Made by a program: the position numbers and the translations under genes. DNA of 39,605 nucleotides from Enterobacter phage NJ2. This document shows, piece by piece, positions 37,170-39,605 of the stretch (position 1 is the stretch's first letter; each line of letters begins with the position of its first letter). The DNA lies in the sequence record OR822025.1; one strand, 5' to 3'. The notes beneath the pieces are model-generated. The model was not told the DNA's origin, ran no database searches, and was given only the letters and a program-made list of their open reading frames with translations.

Positions 37170-38102
37170 ATGGCTGGCGAATCTAACGCTGACGTATATG
37201 CATCCTTTGGAGTTAGCTCCGCTGTGATGACTGGTGGTTCTATCACTGAGCATGAACAAAACATGCTGTCCCTGGATGTTGCTGCCCGTGATGGCGATGA
37301 TGCAATCCTGCTGGACTCTGGTGAAGACACCAACCCAGAAGTAGACCTGTACGGTAACCCGGACAAGTTTGCTGACCCTAATGAGACTGACGGTTTCGTC
37401 CAGGTCCGCATTGGGGAAGACGGTAACACCGCTGAGTTCGACCAAGGCGAGGAGTTCCAAGATGACGTTCCTGAGGAAGCCGCTGAGTTCACCCCATTGG
37501 GTGAGACTCCAGAGGAACTGACCTCTACGTCTGAGCAACTCTCTCAGCATGCCGAAGGCTTCCAGGAAATGGTTGACCAGGCGTTCGAACGCGGTGTGTC
37601 CCAAGAGTCCATCGAACGTATTCAAGCAGAGTACGAAGGTGATGGTATCTCCGAGAAGTCTTACGCTGAGCTGGCTGCTGCTGGTTATAGCCGTGCATTC
37701 ATCGACTCATATATCGCGGGTCAGGAATCACTGGTCGAACAATACGTGAACCAGGTGATTGCCTACGCTGGTGGTCAGGAGCGCTTCTCGGCACTTCATG
37801 CACACCTTGAGGCGAACAACCCGGACGCTGCGGCTACCTTTGAGGCTGCCCTGGAGAACCGTGACATCGGGACTCTGCGAGCAATCATCAATCTGGCTGG
37901 TCAAAGCTACACCGCTAAGTTCGGTCGCCCATCGGCCCGTAGTGTCACCAAGCGTGCTACTCCGGCTAAACCTGTGGCCCGTAAGGCTGAAGGCTTTACG
38001 TCTCGTGATGAGATGATTAAGGCGATGTCTGACAGTCGTTACCGCACTGATGCAGCGTATCGCCGCGCAGTGGAACAGAAAGTCATCGACTCTACGTTCT
38101 AA
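37170..38102 (+). CDS. 9: scaffolding protein (gene 9), 310 aa
   Basis: ATG 37170 (MAGESNADVYASFGVSSAVMTGGS, matching the T7 gp9 N-terminus MAESNADVYASFGVNSAVMSGGS). The ORF-track start at 37098 was rejected. Confidence 0.93.
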   Translation: MAGESNADVYASFGVSSAVMTGGSITEHEQNMLSLDVAARDGDDAILLDSGEDTNPEVDLYGNPDKFADPNETDGFVQVRIGEDGNTAEFDQGEEFQDDVPEEAAEFTPLGETPEELTSTSEQLSQHAEGFQEMVDQAFERGVSQESIERIQAEYEGDGISEKSYAELAAAGYSRAFIDSYIAGQESLVEQYVNQVIAYAGGQERFSALHAHLEANNPDAAATFEAALENRDIGTLRAIINLAGQSYTAKFGRPSARSVTKRATPAKPVARKAEGFTSRDEMIKAMSDSRYRTDAAYRRAVEQKVIDSTF

Positions 38103-38105
38103 GGT

Positions 38106-38128
38106 ATTAACGACTCACTATAGGGAGA
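38106..38128 (+). promoter_or_regulatory. phage RNAP class III promoter (phi10 equivalent), ATTAACGACTCACTATAGGGAGA
   Basis: Consensus 23-mer. The +1 G is at 38123. The leader contains a strong AAGGAG RBS before the capsid gene. Confidence 0.92.
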
Positions 38129-38262
38129 CTAAGTGATGATGAGCATAGCCAGCCGTTACTGGAGGGCAGGTATCGTCTCCCTTTGAGTTACACAATGAGT
38201 ATCAGCTCGTTTCAAGTAGTAAACTCGTACATTCCAAATTAATTTACAGAAGGAGATTCAAC

Positions 38263-39306
38263 ATGGCTAACATGCAAGGTGGACAGCAGATTGGTACTAA
38301 CCAGGGTAAAGGTCAGAGCGCAGCAGATAAACTGGCGCTGTTCCTGAAGGTATTCGGCGGTGAAGTTCTGACTGCATTCGCACGTACCTCTGTGACCGCT
38401 AACCGTCACATGACCCGCTCCATCGCTAACGGTAAGTCCGCGCAGTTCCCTGTGCTGGGTCGTACCAAGGCGGCATACCTGCAACCTGGTGAGAACCTTG
38501 ATGATAAGCGTAAGGACATCAAGCACACCGAGAAGACGATTCATATCGACGGCCTCCTGACTGCTGACGTTCTGATTTACGACATCGAAGATGCAATGAA
38601 TCACTACGATGTTCGTGCAGAATACACCTCTCAGCTCGGTGAGTCTCTCGCTATGGCTGCTGATGGTGCGGTGCTGGCTGAGCTGGCTGGCCTGGTTAAC
38701 CTGCCGGATTCCTCTAACGAGAACATCGCTGGTCTGGGTAAGGCCAAGCTGTATGAGTCCCAGAAGACCAAAGCTGAGCTGACCGACCAGGTTGAGCTGG
38801 GTAAAGAAATCATCGCGATTCTGACCAAGGCTCGTGCAGGTCTGACCAAGGATTATGTCCCAGCGTCTGACCGTGTGTTCTACACCACGCCTGACCACTA
38901 CTCCGCTATCCTGGCGGCTCTGATGCCTAACGCTGCAAACTACGCTGCGCTGATTGACCCTGAGAAAGGTTCTATCCGTAACGTAATGGGCTTCGAAGTG
39001 GTTGAAGTTCCACACCTGACCGCTGGTGGTGCTGGTGACGACCGTCCTGATGAGGGTACCGCTCCGTCTAACCAGAAGCACGCCTTCCCGGCGACTGGTG
39101 GTAAAGTCAACATGGAGAACGTGATTGGCCTGTTCCAGCATCGTTCTGCTGTGGGTACCGTTAAGCTGAAGGACCTGGCTCTGGAGCGTGCTCGTCGTGC
39201 TAACTTCCAGGCTGACCAGATTATCGCTAAGTACGCGATGGGCCACGGCGGTCTGCGTCCAGAAGCAGCAGGTGCAGCGGTTTTCAAAGCGGCGTCAGCG
39301 GGTTAA
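38263..39306 (+). CDS. 10A: major capsid protein 10A, 347 aa
   Basis: Near-identical to T7 gp10A (GGQQ.GTNQGKG...KLALFLKVFGGEVLTAFARTSVT...). Confidence 0.97.
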   Translation: MANMQGGQQIGTNQGKGQSAADKLALFLKVFGGEVLTAFARTSVTANRHMTRSIANGKSAQFPVLGRTKAAYLQPGENLDDKRKDIKHTEKTIHIDGLLTADVLIYDIEDAMNHYDVRAEYTSQLGESLAMAADGAVLAELAGLVNLPDSSNENIAGLGKAKLYESQKTKAELTDQVELGKEIIAILTKARAGLTKDYVPASDRVFYTTPDHYSAILAALMPNAANYAALIDPEKGSIRNVMGFEVVEVPHLTAGGAGDDRPDEGTAPSNQKHAFPATGGKVNMENVIGLFQHRSAVGTVKLKDLALERARRANFQADQIIAKYAMGHGGLRPEAAGAAVFKAASAG

Positions 39307-39569
39307 CGACCTTTAAGGCCCTCTCTACAGAGGGTCCTACCTTAGAGACATACAGTTCTACGGTGGGAACCAGCTTGAAGGTTGACTTCCCTGAGCTTTC
39401 AGATGTGACCGATTGGTCGCTTCTTGGGGTGACTACGCCTGATGGCGTTAGCTACTCCCGTAGAACCAACAGTCTCTACTTCAAGGCCACCTCTGGCGTG
39501 GAAGGTCTGGTGATTGTTGTGTATGATGGTTCGCCTGTGCGTTCCTTCAACGTATCTTTCACAAACTAA
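38263..39569 (+). CDS. 10B: minor capsid protein 10B produced by programmed -1 frameshift at G GTT TTC (39279..39285) into the frame-0 ORF ending 39569
   Basis: Slippery heptamer GGTTTTC near the 10A C-terminus. The -1 frame is open from there to the TAA at 39567..39569, which explains the apparently separate 68-aa ORF at 39363..39569. Same mechanism as T7. Confidence 0.8.
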
Positions 39570-39572
39570 TTG

Positions 39573-39605
39573 AAACCCCTTGGGTGCCTTCGGGTGCTTG
39601 AGGGG
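39573..39605 (+). terminator. late terminator Tphi stem-loop (U-tract continues at window positions 1..7 across the permutation point)
   Basis: AACCCCTTGGGTGCC-TTCG-GGTGCTTGAGGGG stem with G-U pairs. The window begins TTTTTTG. T7 Tphi is ...CCCCTTGGGGCCTCTAAACGGGTCTTGAGGGGTTTTTTG. Confidence 0.85.

Noticed and set aside
38239-39246. 335-aa minus-strand ORF opposite the major capsid gene
   Set aside because: The capsid gene identity on the + strand is unambiguous. The antisense frame has no start context.

Overview
The window is essentially one complete genome of a T7-like lytic podophage (Autographiviridae/Studiervirinae organisation), circularly permuted so that it begins inside the late terminator Tphi. 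The stem-loop lies at 39573..39605 and its U-tract wraps round to 1..7. Every convincing gene is on the + strand, in canonical T7 order. After Tphi come genes 11, 12, 13, 14, 15, 16, 17 (tail fibre), 17.5 (holin), 18, 18.5/18.7 (spanins), 19, phiOR and 19.5. The collapsed terminal-repeat/concatemer-junction region with short repeat arrays follows at about 15.5-16.2 kb, then phiOL and host-RNAP early promoters. The early region encodes a T3-type SAM hydrolase (gene 0.3) rather than Ocr, then two small unknown ORFs, the 0.7 kinase and the gene 1 RNA polymerase. Class II genes follow (1.1, 1.2, 1.3 ligase, 1.5, 1.6, 1.7, 2, 2.5, 3, 3.5, 4 primase-helicase, 4.3/4.5/4.7, 5 DNA polymerase, 5.5, 5.7, 6 exonuclease, 6.3), then 6.5, 6.7, 7, 7.3, 8, 9 and 10A/10B with the GGTTTTC -1 frameshift. 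I mapped 7 consensus class III phage promoters (TTAACGACTCACTATAGGGAGA), a family of class II promoters sharing the initiation-region variant CACTATCAGGA, the early terminator TE, Tphi, and three RNase III-type hairpins with conserved flanks. The parts not explained by the T7 blueprint are candidate accessory or anti-defence loci: a 178-aa membrane-anchored coiled-coil protein inserted between promoters phi1.1A and phi1.1B; a translationally coupled 40-aa Cys4 zinc-ribbon micro-ORF plus a 111-aa strongly acidic protein at the gp5.9 (RecBCD-inhibitor) position; two coupled small ORFs between the SAMase and the kinase; an array of six same-orientation DnaA-box-like nonamers (TGTGGATAA/TGTGGGTAA) in the inferred terminal repeat; and a tail fibre with a C-terminal S74-type intramolecular-chaperone module and a divergent receptor-binding region. 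All protein identities rest on my recollection of T7/T3 sequences, since no searches were possible.
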